A DNA stretch of 64,000 nucleotides from Hyphomicrobiales bacterium (GCA_027484605.1 JAIXSR010000054.1:13269-77268); one strand, 5' to 3'. Positions 1 to 8,687 are shown, numbered from the stretch's first letter. Numbers and translations: made by a program. The notes: generated by a model not told the origin, from the letters alone.

Positions 1-200
1 CGGCTGTCCTCCTCGGCTGCCCGGCGGATGCGCGCCAGCGTGTCATCCTCCGAGCCGTCATCCACGAAGACGATCTCGAAACTCGCGACGCAGCCTTCCA
101 GCACCGGCACCAGCGTGCCGACCAGCGCCTCGATATTCTCGCCTTCGTTGAAGACGGGCACGACGACCGACAATTCGGGATGGAGACGATGCGGCGACAT
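1..200 (-). CDS. Glycosyltransferase family 2 (ArnC/DPM1-like), N-terminal part only; the gene runs off the left edge
   Basis: Reverse translation from CAT at 198-200 gives MSPHRLHPELSVVVPVFNEGENIEALVGTLVPVLEGCVASFEIVFVDDGSEDDT. This is the canonical GT2 N-terminal motif set (VVxPxxNE, DDGSxD). Absent from the ORF track because the window edge truncates it. Confidence 0.7.
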   Translation of the reverse strand, partial: MSPHRLHPELSVVVPVFNEGENIEALVGTLVPVLEGCVASFEIVFVDDGSEDDTLARIRRAAEEDS

Positions 201-291
201 GCTTGGACTCGGTTTGGCGACAAGGCGGCTTTCCGCCGGCGCGCAGGCAGGGTAAGCCCCTGATGCAGGCCGGCAATCCCTTGTTACTCGC

Positions 292-1152
292 ATGGCCCGC
301 ATGAATGGAAGCTTGATGGTGCCGCTGGTTCTCTGCGCCGATGATTATGCGATGACGCCCGCTGTCAGCCGGGGCATCCTCGCATTGCTGGAAACCGGGC
401 GGATCACCGCCACCGGCGCCATGACCAACCGCCCCTCCTGGCCGGAAGCCGCGCCCGGGCTCCGTGCCTTTGCCGGCAAGGCCGATCTCGGCGTCCATCT
501 CTCGCTGACCTGCGGCGAAGCCCTGACCGCCGGCGAGGGCTGGACCGCCAGCCGCGCCCAGCCGAAGCTGCCGGCCTTGCTGGCCCGGGCCGTTGCGGGG
601 GCGCTGCCGCTCGATGCGATCATGCGCGAGATCGAGGCCCAGCTCGACGCCTTCGAACAGGCCATGGGCATGCGCCCCGATTTCATCGACGGCCACCAGC
701 ATGTCCATGCCCTGCCGGGCATCCGCCGCGCGCTGCTGGCCGTGCTGGTCCGCCGCTATCCCGGCCGCGAGCCCTGGATCCGCGATCCCGGCGACCGGCC
801 GGCCGCCATCCGCGACCGCGGCCGTTTCGCCCGAAAGGCCCGGCTGCTCGCCCTCCTCGCCGGGCCGTTCGGCCGCCGCATGGCCGAAACCGGCTTCCGG
901 CTCAACCAGGGCTTTGCCGGGTATTCCGGCTTCGACCCGGCCGGCGATTACGGCGGCGATTTCGCGAGCTATCTCGTCGCGCCCGGCCCGGCCCATCTCG
1001 TCATGTGCCATCCCGGCGAGGTGGATGACGCGCTGCGCACCCTCGACCCGGCAACGGAGAGCCGCCTGACCGAACTCGCCTTCTTCCGCTCGGATCGCTT
1101 CAGCGAGACCTGCGCCGCCGCCGGCATGCGCCTCGCGCGGATGGAAGGGTAG
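292..1152 (+). CDS. ChbG/HpnK (YdjC) family carbohydrate deacetylase
   Basis: 286-aa ORF. The N-terminus LVLCADDYAMTPAVSRGILALLETGRITATGAMTN and the later HLSLT and DGHQHVH motifs are typical of YdjC-like deacetylases. Divergent from the GT2 gene. Confidence 0.8.
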   Translation: MARMNGSLMVPLVLCADDYAMTPAVSRGILALLETGRITATGAMTNRPSWPEAAPGLRAFAGKADLGVHLSLTCGEALTAGEGWTASRAQPKLPALLARAVAGALPLDAIMREIEAQLDAFEQAMGMRPDFIDGHQHVHALPGIRRALLAVLVRRYPGREPWIRDPGDRPAAIRDRGRFARKARLLALLAGPFGRRMAETGFRLNQGFAGYSGFDPAGDYGGDFASYLVAPGPAHLVMCHPGEVDDALRTLDPATESRLTELAFFRSDRFSETCAAAGMRLARMEG

Positions 1153-1233
1153 GCGCCCTCACCCGCGCGCCCCATGACAAGCCGGGGCAAACGCGCCACG
1201 CTGGCCGGTGATTCCCCAAACCCGGGAGCGCCC

Positions 1234-1590
1234 ATGCCCGTCTCGTTCAACCCCGCCTATCTCTGGCCGATCCTGCTGCTGCTTGCGTCCAATGTCTTCA
1301 TGACCCTGGCCTGGTACGGCCATCTGAAATTCAAGACGACAGCCCTGCCGGTCGTGATCCTGGCCAGCTGGGGCATCGCCTTCATCGAGTATTGCCTCGC
1401 CGTTCCGGCCAACCGGATGGGCCATGCGGTCTATTCCGCTGCCGAGCTGAAGACGATCCAGGAAGTGATCACGCTGGTGGTCTTCGCCGGCTTTTCCGTG
1501 CTCTATCTCGGCGAGAAGCTGACTTTGAACCACGGGATCGGCTTCGCGCTGATCTGCGCCGGCGCCTGGTTCGTATTCCAGGCGAAATAG
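1234..1590 (+). CDS. Small DMT-superfamily membrane protein (DUF486-like)
   Basis: Start moved to MPVSFNPAYLWPILLLLASNVFMTLAWYGHLKF (ATG 1234, GGGAG 6 nt upstream). About 4 hydrophobic helices. The SNxFMTxAWYGHLK signature is recognised from DUF486 proteins. Confidence 0.75.
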   Translation: MPVSFNPAYLWPILLLLASNVFMTLAWYGHLKFKTTALPVVILASWGIAFIEYCLAVPANRMGHAVYSAAELKTIQEVITLVVFAGFSVLYLGEKLTLNHGIGFALICAGAWFVFQAK

Positions 1591-1697
1591 CGGAAGGCCT
1601 GTCTCTCTCCGACGAGGGGAGGATTGCGGCCCGGCCTTCCGGGCTGTTAAGGGAAGCCATCGCCGGAATCGTTCGGCACGCGGTGAGGAGACGCATC

Positions 1698-1919
1698 ATG
1701 AGCCAGATTTTCGACCGGCCCAAGGAAATCATCGAATATTGCCTGAAGCCGCTCAATCTTCCCAAGGAAGACGCGACCTACCAGGAGGTCTATCGCCGCC
1801 TCGAGCACGTCATCAAGACCTACCAGGTCCAGATGGTGAAGGCGAAGGCCCCGGTCGCGGTGGATTTCTCGCAGATGCGCACCATCACCATCAACGAGGA
1901 CGCGCACGGCCACGATTGA
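1698..1919 (+). CDS. Small hypothetical protein (73 aa)
   Basis: ATG 1698 is preceded by GGTGAGGAG. The sequence is balanced and non-repetitive (MSQIFDRPKEIIEYCLKPLNLPKEDATYQEVYRRLEHVIKTYQVQ...). The upstream part of track ORF 1392-1919 looks non-coding. Confidence 0.5.
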   Translation: MSQIFDRPKEIIEYCLKPLNLPKEDATYQEVYRRLEHVIKTYQVQMVKAKAPVAVDFSQMRTITINEDAHGHD

Positions 1920-1958
1920 GGCCTTGTCCTGTTGTACTGCTTTGCGTACAATGCCGGC

Positions 1959-2279
1959 ATGAAAACCGCGTCCTACAGCGAATTGCGCCAGAATCTCGCC
2001 GCCATGCTCGACAGCGTGGAACGGGATCATGCGCCGATCGTCATCACGCGGGATCGCGGCAAGCCGGCCGCGGTCCTGATGTCGCTCGAGGATTTCACCT
2101 CCTGGGAAGAGACGATCTATCTGCTGCGCAGCCCGCGCAATGCCGAAAGGCTGCTTGAGGCGGTCGGCCGGCTGGAAGCGGGCGAGGGGCTCGACCGGAC
2201 GGCCCAGTTCTCGGGGGATGGCAAGGCCGGCGCGGCGGCGAAGAAGCCCCGATCGGCATCACGCAAGGCCCCTGCATGA
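1959..2279 (+). CDS. yefM: Phd/YefM-family type II antitoxin
   Basis: MKTASYSELRQNLAAMLDSVERDHAPIVITRDRGKPAAVLMSLEDFTSWEETIYLLRSPRNAERLLEAV is a textbook YefM sequence. Its stop overlaps the toxin start (ATGA at 2276-2279). It carries an unusual Lys/Ala-rich C-terminal tail. Confidence 0.85.
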   Translation: MKTASYSELRQNLAAMLDSVERDHAPIVITRDRGKPAAVLMSLEDFTSWEETIYLLRSPRNAERLLEAVGRLEAGEGLDRTAQFSGDGKAGAAAKKPRSASRKAPA

Positions 2280-2545
2280 AGGTGGCCGTCACGAAAGTGA
2301 CGTTCGACCGCGATGCCTGGGACGATTGTCTTCACCTGCAAGCCCATGATCCGAAGGTTTCGGAACGGCTGAATGCGCTGATCCGCGAATGCCTGCGCAC
2401 GCCCTTTGCCGGCACCGGCAAGCCGGAACCCCTGCGGGGGCATCTCTCGGGATGGTGGTCGCGCCGCCTGACGCAGGAGCATCGGCTCGTGTACCGGGTG
2501 GAAGGGCCGGCGCTGATCATCGCGCAATGCCGCTACCATTACTGA
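2276..2545 (+). CDS. yoeB: Txe/YoeB-family type II toxin (ribosome-dependent mRNA interferase)
   Basis: 89 aa. The segments KVTFDRDAWDDCLHLQAHDPKVSERLNALIRECLRTPFAGTGKPEPLRGHLSGWWSRRLTQEHRLVYRV and CRYHY are the YoeB signature. Translationally coupled to yefM. Confidence 0.9.
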   Translation: MKVAVTKVTFDRDAWDDCLHLQAHDPKVSERLNALIRECLRTPFAGTGKPEPLRGHLSGWWSRRLTQEHRLVYRVEGPALIIAQCRYHY

Positions 2546-2550
2546 CAGCA

Positions 2551-2574
2551 AAAAGGGGCCCCGAGGCCCCTTTT
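2551..2574. terminator. Bidirectional intrinsic terminator between convergent yoeB and sodB
   Basis: AAAAGGGGCC-CCGA-GGCCCCTTTT: a perfect GC stem with an A-tract on one side and a T-tract on the other. Confidence 0.7.
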
Positions 2575-2599
2575 CCATGACGGGTTCGGCCGGAGACGA

Positions 2600-3199
2600 T
2601 CAGGCGGTCGCCTTGGCATACATCTCGGCCACGTATTCCCAGTTCACGAGATGCTCGACGAAGGCCTTGAGGTAATCCGGCCGGCGGTTGCGGTAATCGA
2701 TATAGTAGGAATGCTCCCAGACATCGCAGCCGAGGATCGGGCTGGCGCCCTGGACCAGCGGGCTCTCGCCATTGGCGGACTTCATGACAACGATCTTGCC
2801 GTCCTTCACGGCCAGCCAGTTCCAGCCCGAGCCGAACTGCGTGATGCCGGCCTGGATGAAGTCTTCCTTCATCTTCTCGACCGAGCCGAGATCCTCGATG
2901 ATCTTCTTTTCCAGCGCGCCGGGGATCTTGCCGCCGCCATTCGGCTTCATCCAGTTCCAGAAATGGATGTGGTTGTAATGCTGGCCGGCATTGTTGAAGA
3001 GGCCGGCATTCTTGCCGAACGAGCCCTTCACGATCTCCTCGAGGCTCTTGCCCTCGAATTCCGAGCCCTTCAGCAGGTTGTTGCCGTTATTGACATAGGC
3101 GAGGTGATGCTTGTCGTGATGGTATTCCAGCGTCTCCTTCGACATGTACGGCTGCAGCGCGTCATAGGCGTAGGGGAGGTCGGGAAGCGTGAAGGACAT
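2600..3199 (-). CDS. sodB: Fe/Mn superoxide dismutase
   Basis: From MSFTLPDLPYAYDALQPYMSKETLEYHHDKHHLAYV to DVWEHSYYIDYRNRRPDYL. Start placed at CAT 3197-3199. The 40-codon extension in the track ORF is not SOD-like. Confidence 0.95.
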   Translation of the reverse strand: MSFTLPDLPYAYDALQPYMSKETLEYHHDKHHLAYVNNGNNLLKGSEFEGKSLEEIVKGSFGKNAGLFNNAGQHYNHIHFWNWMKPNGGGKIPGALEKKIIEDLGSVEKMKEDFIQAGITQFGSGWNWLAVKDGKIVVMKSANGESPLVQGASPILGCDVWEHSYYIDYRNRRPDYLKAFVEHLVNWEYVAEMYAKATA

Positions 3200-3438
3200 G
3201 GGAAGGTTCCTCGGACATCTGAATTCGGTCAAGCCGGCCGCGATCGGCCGCGCTGCCTCCATGTAAGTCGGCAGCGGCGGAAGGGCAATCGGTCCCTGCA
3301 GGGGAATTCTCGCTGTCATGACAGTGGATTGAGGGGATCAACCCGGCCAAGCCATTGATATTTGCCCATTCTTCGCGGATTGTTTAGGTTGGGCCCCAGC
3401 AAACGATGGAATTCGGGCCCGTGTAAAAAGGCGAGTCG

Positions 3439-4419
3439 ATGATTTTCGCGATTTTTCTTATTGCTGTCCTTCTTGTTCTTGGCGGTATTCTGGGCCTTGT
3501 CAGCGCCCTCAACCTTATTCCCACCGATCTCGGCCTCGCCCATTTCCAGGCCGGTGCCACGGCGCTTGCCGCCGGCCTCGTCACCCTTGCCATCGGCTTC
3601 TCCACCCGCGCCGTCGTGTCGGCCTTGCGCCGTGTGGCGACGCCGCGCGCCCTCGCGGCCCCGATCGAACGCGACCTGCCGCCCATGATGGACCCGGCGC
3701 CCGACAGGCCCCCCCGGGACAGGCCTGATTTCGCCCTGGCTGCAGGGGCGGCGGCTGTCGGCGCAGCAGCAGGCGTGACTCTGGCTGCCGCGCCTGCCCT
3801 TGCCGCCGAACCGCCGCTGGTTGCACCCGAGCTGCAGTCTCTTCCGGATATCGCGGTGGCCGAGCCGCCGGCCGAACCGGATCCGGTGATCGAGCTGCCG
3901 CCTGTTGCCCTGCCGGAAGCGCTCGACCTGAGCGCCTTCGCCGAGATGCCGCCGCCGGCCGAGCCTGCTGTCGAGCCCGTTGCGGAGCCAGCCCCTGCGC
4001 CACGCGATCCCGTCGCTCTCGTCATGCCGGAGCTCATGCCGATCCCCTTGCCGCCCTCTTTCGCCCTGCAGCCCATGCCCGAGCCGCCAGCCCTCTCGAT
4101 CGAGGAGGAGATCCGCGCGCAACTGGGCCGGGCGCCGGCCATCGAAGCGCCGCCTGCACCCGAGCCGGCCCCTGAGCCCCCGGTCGAACCTGCGCCGGTA
4201 CCGGGCCTGATCGCCGATGCCGATCTCGCGGCTCTGGAGGAGTCGAAGCCGCCCTTGCCGCCGCTCGACACGCTCGAGGTGGTCGGCTCCTACGATTCCG
4301 GCGGCACGCGGTTCGCCATGTATTCCGATGGCTCCGTCGTGGCTGTCGGCCCCGAGGGTGAAACCCGCTATCCGACCCTGCAGGATCTGCGCCGGCATCT
4401 CGACCAGCTCTCGGGCTGA
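3439..4419 (+). CDS. Membrane-anchored Pro/Ala/Glu-rich protein with a small globular C-terminal domain (hypothetical)
   Basis: Two N-terminal hydrophobic helices, about 230 aa of PAPEP/PPVEP-type low complexity, then LEVVGSYDSGGTRFAMYSDGSVVAVGPEGETRYPTLQDLRRHL. Coding-like third-position bias. Confidence 0.6.
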   Translation: MIFAIFLIAVLLVLGGILGLVSALNLIPTDLGLAHFQAGATALAAGLVTLAIGFSTRAVVSALRRVATPRALAAPIERDLPPMMDPAPDRPPRDRPDFALAAGAAAVGAAAGVTLAAAPALAAEPPLVAPELQSLPDIAVAEPPAEPDPVIELPPVALPEALDLSAFAEMPPPAEPAVEPVAEPAPAPRDPVALVMPELMPIPLPPSFALQPMPEPPALSIEEEIRAQLGRAPAIEAPPAPEPAPEPPVEPAPVPGLIADADLAALEESKPPLPPLDTLEVVGSYDSGGTRFAMYSDGSVVAVGPEGETRYPTLQDLRRHLDQLSG

Positions 4420-4429
4420 GCGGCAGGCT

Positions 4430-4495
4430 GCCCCTCACCCGGCTTCGGGCTTCGCCCTCAGTCACCCTCTCCCCGCGGGGCGGGGCGAAGGGGGG
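4430..4495 (-). repeat. REP-like palindromic element, copy A (subfamily 1)
   Basis: The reverse complement reads ...CGCCCCGCCCCGCGGGGAGAGGGTGACTGAGGGCGAAGCCCGAAGCCGGGTGAGGGGC, nearly identical to copy D at 14793-14871. Fills the gap between two convergent stops. Confidence 0.8.
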
Positions 4496-6604
4496 TTACC
4501 CCGCCGCGAGCCCCGTCACTTCCAGCGCGAAGGCGAAAACCCGCGCGATATCGTCGAGCTGCTCGAACCGGCCGGACGAGCCGCCATGCCCGGCCCCCAT
4601 CTGCGTATGGAGCAGGACCGGGCCGCCGCCCGTCATGGTGGCGCGCAGCCGGGCGACGAATTTCGCCGGCTCCCAATAGGTGACGCGCGGATCGGTCAGG
4701 CCGCCGATCACCAGCATGGGCGGATAGGGCTTCGCGGCGATGTTGTCATAGGGCGAATAGGCCCGCATCGCCTCGAAGGCGGCCTCGTCGGTGATCGGGT
4801 TGCCCCATTCCACCCATTCGGGCGGTGTCAGCGGCAGGCTTGGATCGAGGATCGTGTTGAGACTGTCGACGAAGGGCACGTCGGCGATGATCCCGGCGAA
4901 TTTCTCGCCCGCGAGATTGGCCACGCCGCCCATCAGCATCCCGCCGGCCGAGACGCCCTGCGCGACGATCCTTTTCGGTGCGGCATAGCCTCCGGCAACG
5001 AGGAAATCCGCCACCGCGATGAAATCGGTGAAGCTGTTGATCTTCTTCTCGCGCTTGCCCTCGCGGTACCAGCGGAAGCCCTTTTCCGTCCCGCCGCGGA
5101 TATGGGCAATGGCATAGACAAACCCGCGATCGACAAGGCTCAGCCGCTCGGTCTCAAAATCGGCATCCATCGCATAGCCATAGGCGCCATAGCCGTAGAG
5201 CAGAGCCGGGGCCGTGCCGTCGACCGGCGTGTCCTTCCGCCTCAGGATCGTCACCGGCACCGTCTCGCCATCCGGTGCCGGCGCGAAGAGCCGCTCGGTC
5301 ACATAGGCGGAGGGGTCATGCCCGGAGGGCACATCCTGCACCTTGAGCACGGTCTCCACCCCGGTGGCGAGGTCGAGATCGAGCGTCACTTCCGGATCGA
5401 CCGGCGAGGAATAGGCCAGGCGCAGGATGTCGCTGTCATATTCGAGCCCGACCGTCGCGGCGATGTCGCCGATCGCGGCCTTCGGCGCCAGCACGCGCTC
5501 GGCGCCGGTCTCCCAGTGGCGGACATGGATGCGCGGCCCGTCCTCGCCGAGGCTCGACCAGATCAGCCAGCTCTTCAGGACATGCACCGAGAGCAGCATC
5601 CGGCCGGGTGTTTCCGGCACCAGCACCTCGGCGCGCGACAGATCGGTCTCGCCGACCGGCAGCGCGACGATCTTGAAATCCGCCGCCCCGCCATGGTTGG
5701 TCCGGATCACCAGCGAACCGGCATGATGGTCGATCTCGTATTCCACCCCGGGGACGCGCGGAAAGACCGGCACCGGCACCTCGGCGGCATCGTCGAGATC
5801 GAGCAGCAGCACCTCGCTGGTCTCGTGGTCATGGATCGAGATGAAGGCGTAGCGGTCATCCTGCGTGACATCGAGCCCGACGAACCAGCCCGAATCCGTC
5901 TCGCGGTAGATCTCGACATCGTCACGCTGCTTGTCACCGAGGCGATGCCGCATGACGCGGAAGGGCCGCTGCGAGGAATCCAGCTCGATGTAATAGAAGA
6001 ACCGGCAATCCCGGCCCCAGACCACCTCGCCATTGCTGCGCGAGAGCCGGTCATGGTCCTTGCCGGTGGCGAGATCGCGCACCCGGAGGATATAGCTTTC
6101 CGAGCCGGTCGTATCCGCCGCCCAGACCATGAGGCGATGATCGGGAGAGGGCTGCGTGGCGCCGATATCGAAATAATCGACATCGCGTGCCGCCTTCGGC
6201 CCGTCGAGCAGGATCTCCTCGCGTTTCTTGCCGATTTTCCGCCGGCAAAAGACCGGGTATTGCTGCCGCTTGCGGAAGCGCTCGTAATAGAGCCATTCGC
6301 CATCCTTCATCGGCGGCTCGGATTCATCCTCGCGCATGCGGCCGCGCATTTCCGCCATCAATTCCTTCTGCAGCGCCGCCAGCGGCCGGAAGGCCTCGCG
6401 CGCATGGGCGTTCTCGCGGCGCAGATAGGTGCCGATGGCCGGCGGCACGCGTTTCGGATCCTCGATCACCGCCTGCCAGTTGCGGGCCCGCAGCCAGGCA
6501 TAGTCATCCACCAGCGTGACACCATGGACCACGCGCTTCACCGGCTTGCGCGCGGCAACCGGGGGCTGGCGGGTCAGATGGGCGAAGGGCGGCAGGCGAG
6601 ACAT
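4496..6604 (-). CDS. ptrB: S9A prolyl-oligopeptidase family, oligopeptidase B (protease II)
   Basis: 702 aa. N-terminal beta-propeller region (HGVTLVDDYAWLR...). C-terminal catalytic region with GVSAGGMLMG (nucleophile Ser) and MGAGHGG (His). Confidence 0.9.
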   Translation of the reverse strand: MSRLPPFAHLTRQPPVAARKPVKRVVHGVTLVDDYAWLRARNWQAVIEDPKRVPPAIGTYLRRENAHAREAFRPLAALQKELMAEMRGRMREDESEPPMKDGEWLYYERFRKRQQYPVFCRRKIGKKREEILLDGPKAARDVDYFDIGATQPSPDHRLMVWAADTTGSESYILRVRDLATGKDHDRLSRSNGEVVWGRDCRFFYYIELDSSQRPFRVMRHRLGDKQRDDVEIYRETDSGWFVGLDVTQDDRYAFISIHDHETSEVLLLDLDDAAEVPVPVFPRVPGVEYEIDHHAGSLVIRTNHGGAADFKIVALPVGETDLSRAEVLVPETPGRMLLSVHVLKSWLIWSSLGEDGPRIHVRHWETGAERVLAPKAAIGDIAATVGLEYDSDILRLAYSSPVDPEVTLDLDLATGVETVLKVQDVPSGHDPSAYVTERLFAPAPDGETVPVTILRRKDTPVDGTAPALLYGYGAYGYAMDADFETERLSLVDRGFVYAIAHIRGGTEKGFRWYREGKREKKINSFTDFIAVADFLVAGGYAAPKRIVAQGVSAGGMLMGGVANLAGEKFAGIIADVPFVDSLNTILDPSLPLTPPEWVEWGNPITDEAAFEAMRAYSPYDNIAAKPYPPMLVIGGLTDPRVTYWEPAKFVARLRATMTGGGPVLLHTQMGAGHGGSSGRFEQLDDIARVFAFALEVTGLAAG

Positions 6605-6685
6605 CGGCGAATCCTCATCAATCGGCCGTATCTAGCCGGATTCACCGGCAGGGCGATACCACGCCTCGCACCCGGCCGCTCCGGC

Positions 6686-6762
6686 CAGCCTCCCGCTTCT
6701 CCCCCGCGGGGGAGAGGCCGACGATGCATCGCATCGGCGGGTGAGGGGGCCTTCGCCGGGGG
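6686..6762 (+). repeat. REP-like palindromic element, copy B (subfamily 2)
   Basis: CCTCCCGCTTCTCCCCCGCGGGGGAGAGGCCGACGATGCATCGCATCGGCGGGTGAGGGGGCC. Hairpin TCTCCCCC-GC-GGGGGAGA at 6698-6715. 10-bp palindrome CGATGCATCG at 6722-6731. Confidence 0.8.
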
Positions 6763-6767
6763 TTGGC

Positions 6768-7178
6768 CTATTCGCCCGGATCGGCGCGGAAGGTGAAGGC
6801 CGCGCCGTTGGTGCAATAGCGCCGCCCTTTCGGCTTGGGGCCGTCCGGGAAGACATGGCCGAGATGGCCGTCGCAGACCGCACAGCGGATCTCGATCCGC
6901 CGCATCCCGTAGGAACGGTCCTCGTGATAGCTGACCACGCCCTCCTCGACCGGTTCGAAGAAACTCGGCCAGCCGGTACCGGATTCATATTTCCCGTCGG
7001 TCCGGAAAAGGCCGGTATCGCACCCTGCGCAGTGGAACGTGCCCGTGCGCTTTTCTTCGAGGAAGGGGCCGGTGAAGGCGCATTCGGTGCCATGTTCGCG
7101 CAGGACGCGGTATTGTTCGGGCGTCAGGAGGGCGCGCCACTCCGCATCGGACTTGATGACCTTCTGAATTGCTTTCAT
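6768..7178 (-). CDS. msrB: Peptide-methionine (R)-S-oxide reductase
   Basis: [37 protein letters not shown]...CAGCDTGLF...GWPSF...[22 protein letters not shown], with both CxxC pairs and the catalytic region. Start at CAT 7176-7178. Confidence 0.95.
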   Translation of the reverse strand: MKAIQKVIKSDAEWRALLTPEQYRVLREHGTECAFTGPFLEEKRTGTFHCAGCDTGLFRTDGKYESGTGWPSFFEPVEEGVVSYHEDRSYGMRRIEIRCAVCDGHLGHVFPDGPKPKGRRYCTNGAAFTFRADPGE

Positions 7179-7512
7179 CCCTCGGGCTCCTTGCTTGCGA
7201 AACCCGAAAATGGGCGATGCATCAGCAGACAGCAATAGATCAAACGACAATGTGAACTGGCCGCGAGCGTCGGCATCGTCTTGCGAATTCCATGATGCTG
7301 CGGAGGAAATTATGTGATATTTGTCACAAACCGCTTGCAACTATCCGAAAATATTGCTGATAGAAGAGGGTGCGGTTGGAAGCCTCGAATCGAGTGTTCA
7401 GAAGATATCTCGTTTACCAAAGCAGGTAACCCGTTTTTCAATCGTTGGCTTAAAGAAAAATGAGGAACTGGGGGGTATTCTCCGCCAGGCCACCACAGAA
7501 GGAAAAACGCTC

Positions 7513-7929
7513 ATGGCGAATACAGTCGAGCAGGGTGATCTGATCGAACTGGCAGCCGAAATCGTGTCTGCCTATGTCAGCAACAACTCTGTTCCCGCCT
7601 CTGATCTTCCGGCCTTGATCAACGAGGTCTATACTGCGCTGACACGCGTTGGCACCCCGATCGTCGAGGCGGCGGCCGAGCCGCTGAAGCCTGCGGTTTC
7701 CGTGAAGAAATCGGTGCACAACGACTACATCATCTGCCTGGAAGACGGGAAGAAGTTCAAGTCGTTGAAGCGCCATCTCCGCACGCAGTACAACATGTCG
7801 CCGGAGCAGTATCGCGAGAAGTGGGGCCTGCCGGCCGACTATCCGATGGTCGCGCCGAACTATGCCGCCGCCCGTTCGCGCCTCGCGAAGGAAATGGGCC
7901 TCGGCCAGCAGCGCCGCCGCGCGCGCTGA
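7513..7929 (+). CDS. mucR: Ros/MucR family zinc-finger transcriptional regulator
   Basis: [36 protein letters not shown]...[47 protein letters not shown] is near-consensus Ros/MucR. Preceded by a 330-bp AT-rich region. Confidence 0.95.
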   Translation: MANTVEQGDLIELAAEIVSAYVSNNSVPASDLPALINEVYTALTRVGTPIVEAAAEPLKPAVSVKKSVHNDYIICLEDGKKFKSLKRHLRTQYNMSPEQYREKWGLPADYPMVAPNYAAARSRLAKEMGLGQQRRRAR

Positions 7930-7968
7930 GGTTCCGGGCGCCCCGCGCGCCCGTCCCGGCAGAGAACA

Positions 7969-7992
7969 GGCGCCCCCGCGGGCGCCTTTTTT
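7969..7992 (+). terminator. Intrinsic terminator of mucR
   Basis: GGCGCCC-CCGC-GGGCGCC followed by TTTTTT. Confidence 0.75.
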
Positions 7993-8291
7993 CTGTCCGC
8001 GACAGCGCTGATCCGATCGCTGTTCCGCGTCCTGACATCTTGCCCGAGTGTTGTCCCGCGGGCGGGGTCAGGCGGCCCTGGTTTTCCGGCCGCTGCCCTT
8101 GCCAGGCTTCAGGCGCTGTCCACAAGCTCGACGAAAGCGGGGAATATTTTTTTTCGCTCCGCCACCGGCAGCCGCTTCACCATTGAGCTTCGCCCCCGCC
8201 GCGCCCTAGCCTTCGCGCGGGGAGATCGTTGCGGAGCATGATGATGGAGCCTTCATCCAGTAATTTGATAGTATTTGGAAATATTGATTTC

Positions 8292-8687
8292 ATGGCACGG
8301 CCCCGGCGCCATCGGCGCGAGCCCGGCACGGGCGACCCCGCCTTGCTTTGTGCCCGGGCGCTCCAGCGCCAGATGCAGCAGCAGATCTGCCGCGCCTGCG
8401 CCGCCGCCTGGGCGGGCGTTCCGGCCGAAGCCCTTCTCCGCCCCGCGCGGGAGGCCGCTGCCATCGTGCAGGCACGGCACACGGCCATCTATCTCGCGCA
8501 TATCGTCTTCGGCTTTTCGCTCACGCGGGCCGGTGCGATGGTCGGCCGCGACCGCACCTCCGCGCGCCATGCCTGCCTGCGCATCGAGGAACGCCGCGAG
8601 GATGTCCGCATCGACCGGGCGCTGGATGCCCTCGGCGCGGCCGTGGAGACCTGGCTGCGCGCCTTCGGCCCGGGAGAGGTGTCATGA
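8292..8687 (+). CDS. DnaA-domain-IV-like HTH protein; candidate GafY-type GTA activator subunit
   Basis: QARHTAIYLAHIVFGFSLTRAGAMVGRDRTSARHACLRIEERREDVRID matches the DnaA C-terminal DNA-binding domain pattern (R..AmYL....S...iG...gRdhtt..HAc..iE). No AAA+ part is present. Start set at ATG 8292, because codons 8229-8291 lie in an AT-rich patch with non-coding third positions; start uncertain. Confidence 0.65.
   Translation: MARPRRHRREPGTGDPALLCARALQRQMQQQICRACAAAWAGVPAEALLRPAREAAAIVQARHTAIYLAHIVFGFSLTRAGAMVGRDRTSARHACLRIEERREDVRIDRALDALGAAVETWLRAFGPGEVS

Noticed and set aside
4217-6796. 859-aa plus-strand ORF overlapping ptrB.
   Set aside because: It is antisense to a convincing oligopeptidase B (catalytic GxSxGG and His motifs). 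Its composition is Arg/Gly/His/Asp-rich and domain-free, as expected of a shadow ORF.
8229-8291. Upstream start (TTG 8229 / ATG 8238) for the DnaA-domain-IV-like ORF.
   Set aside because: These 21 codons run through the AT-rich patch with A/T-ending codons (TCA TCC AGT AAT TTG ATA GTA TTT GGA AAT ATT GAT TTC), unlike the G/C-ending usage elsewhere. More likely regulatory DNA. Kept as an alternative only.
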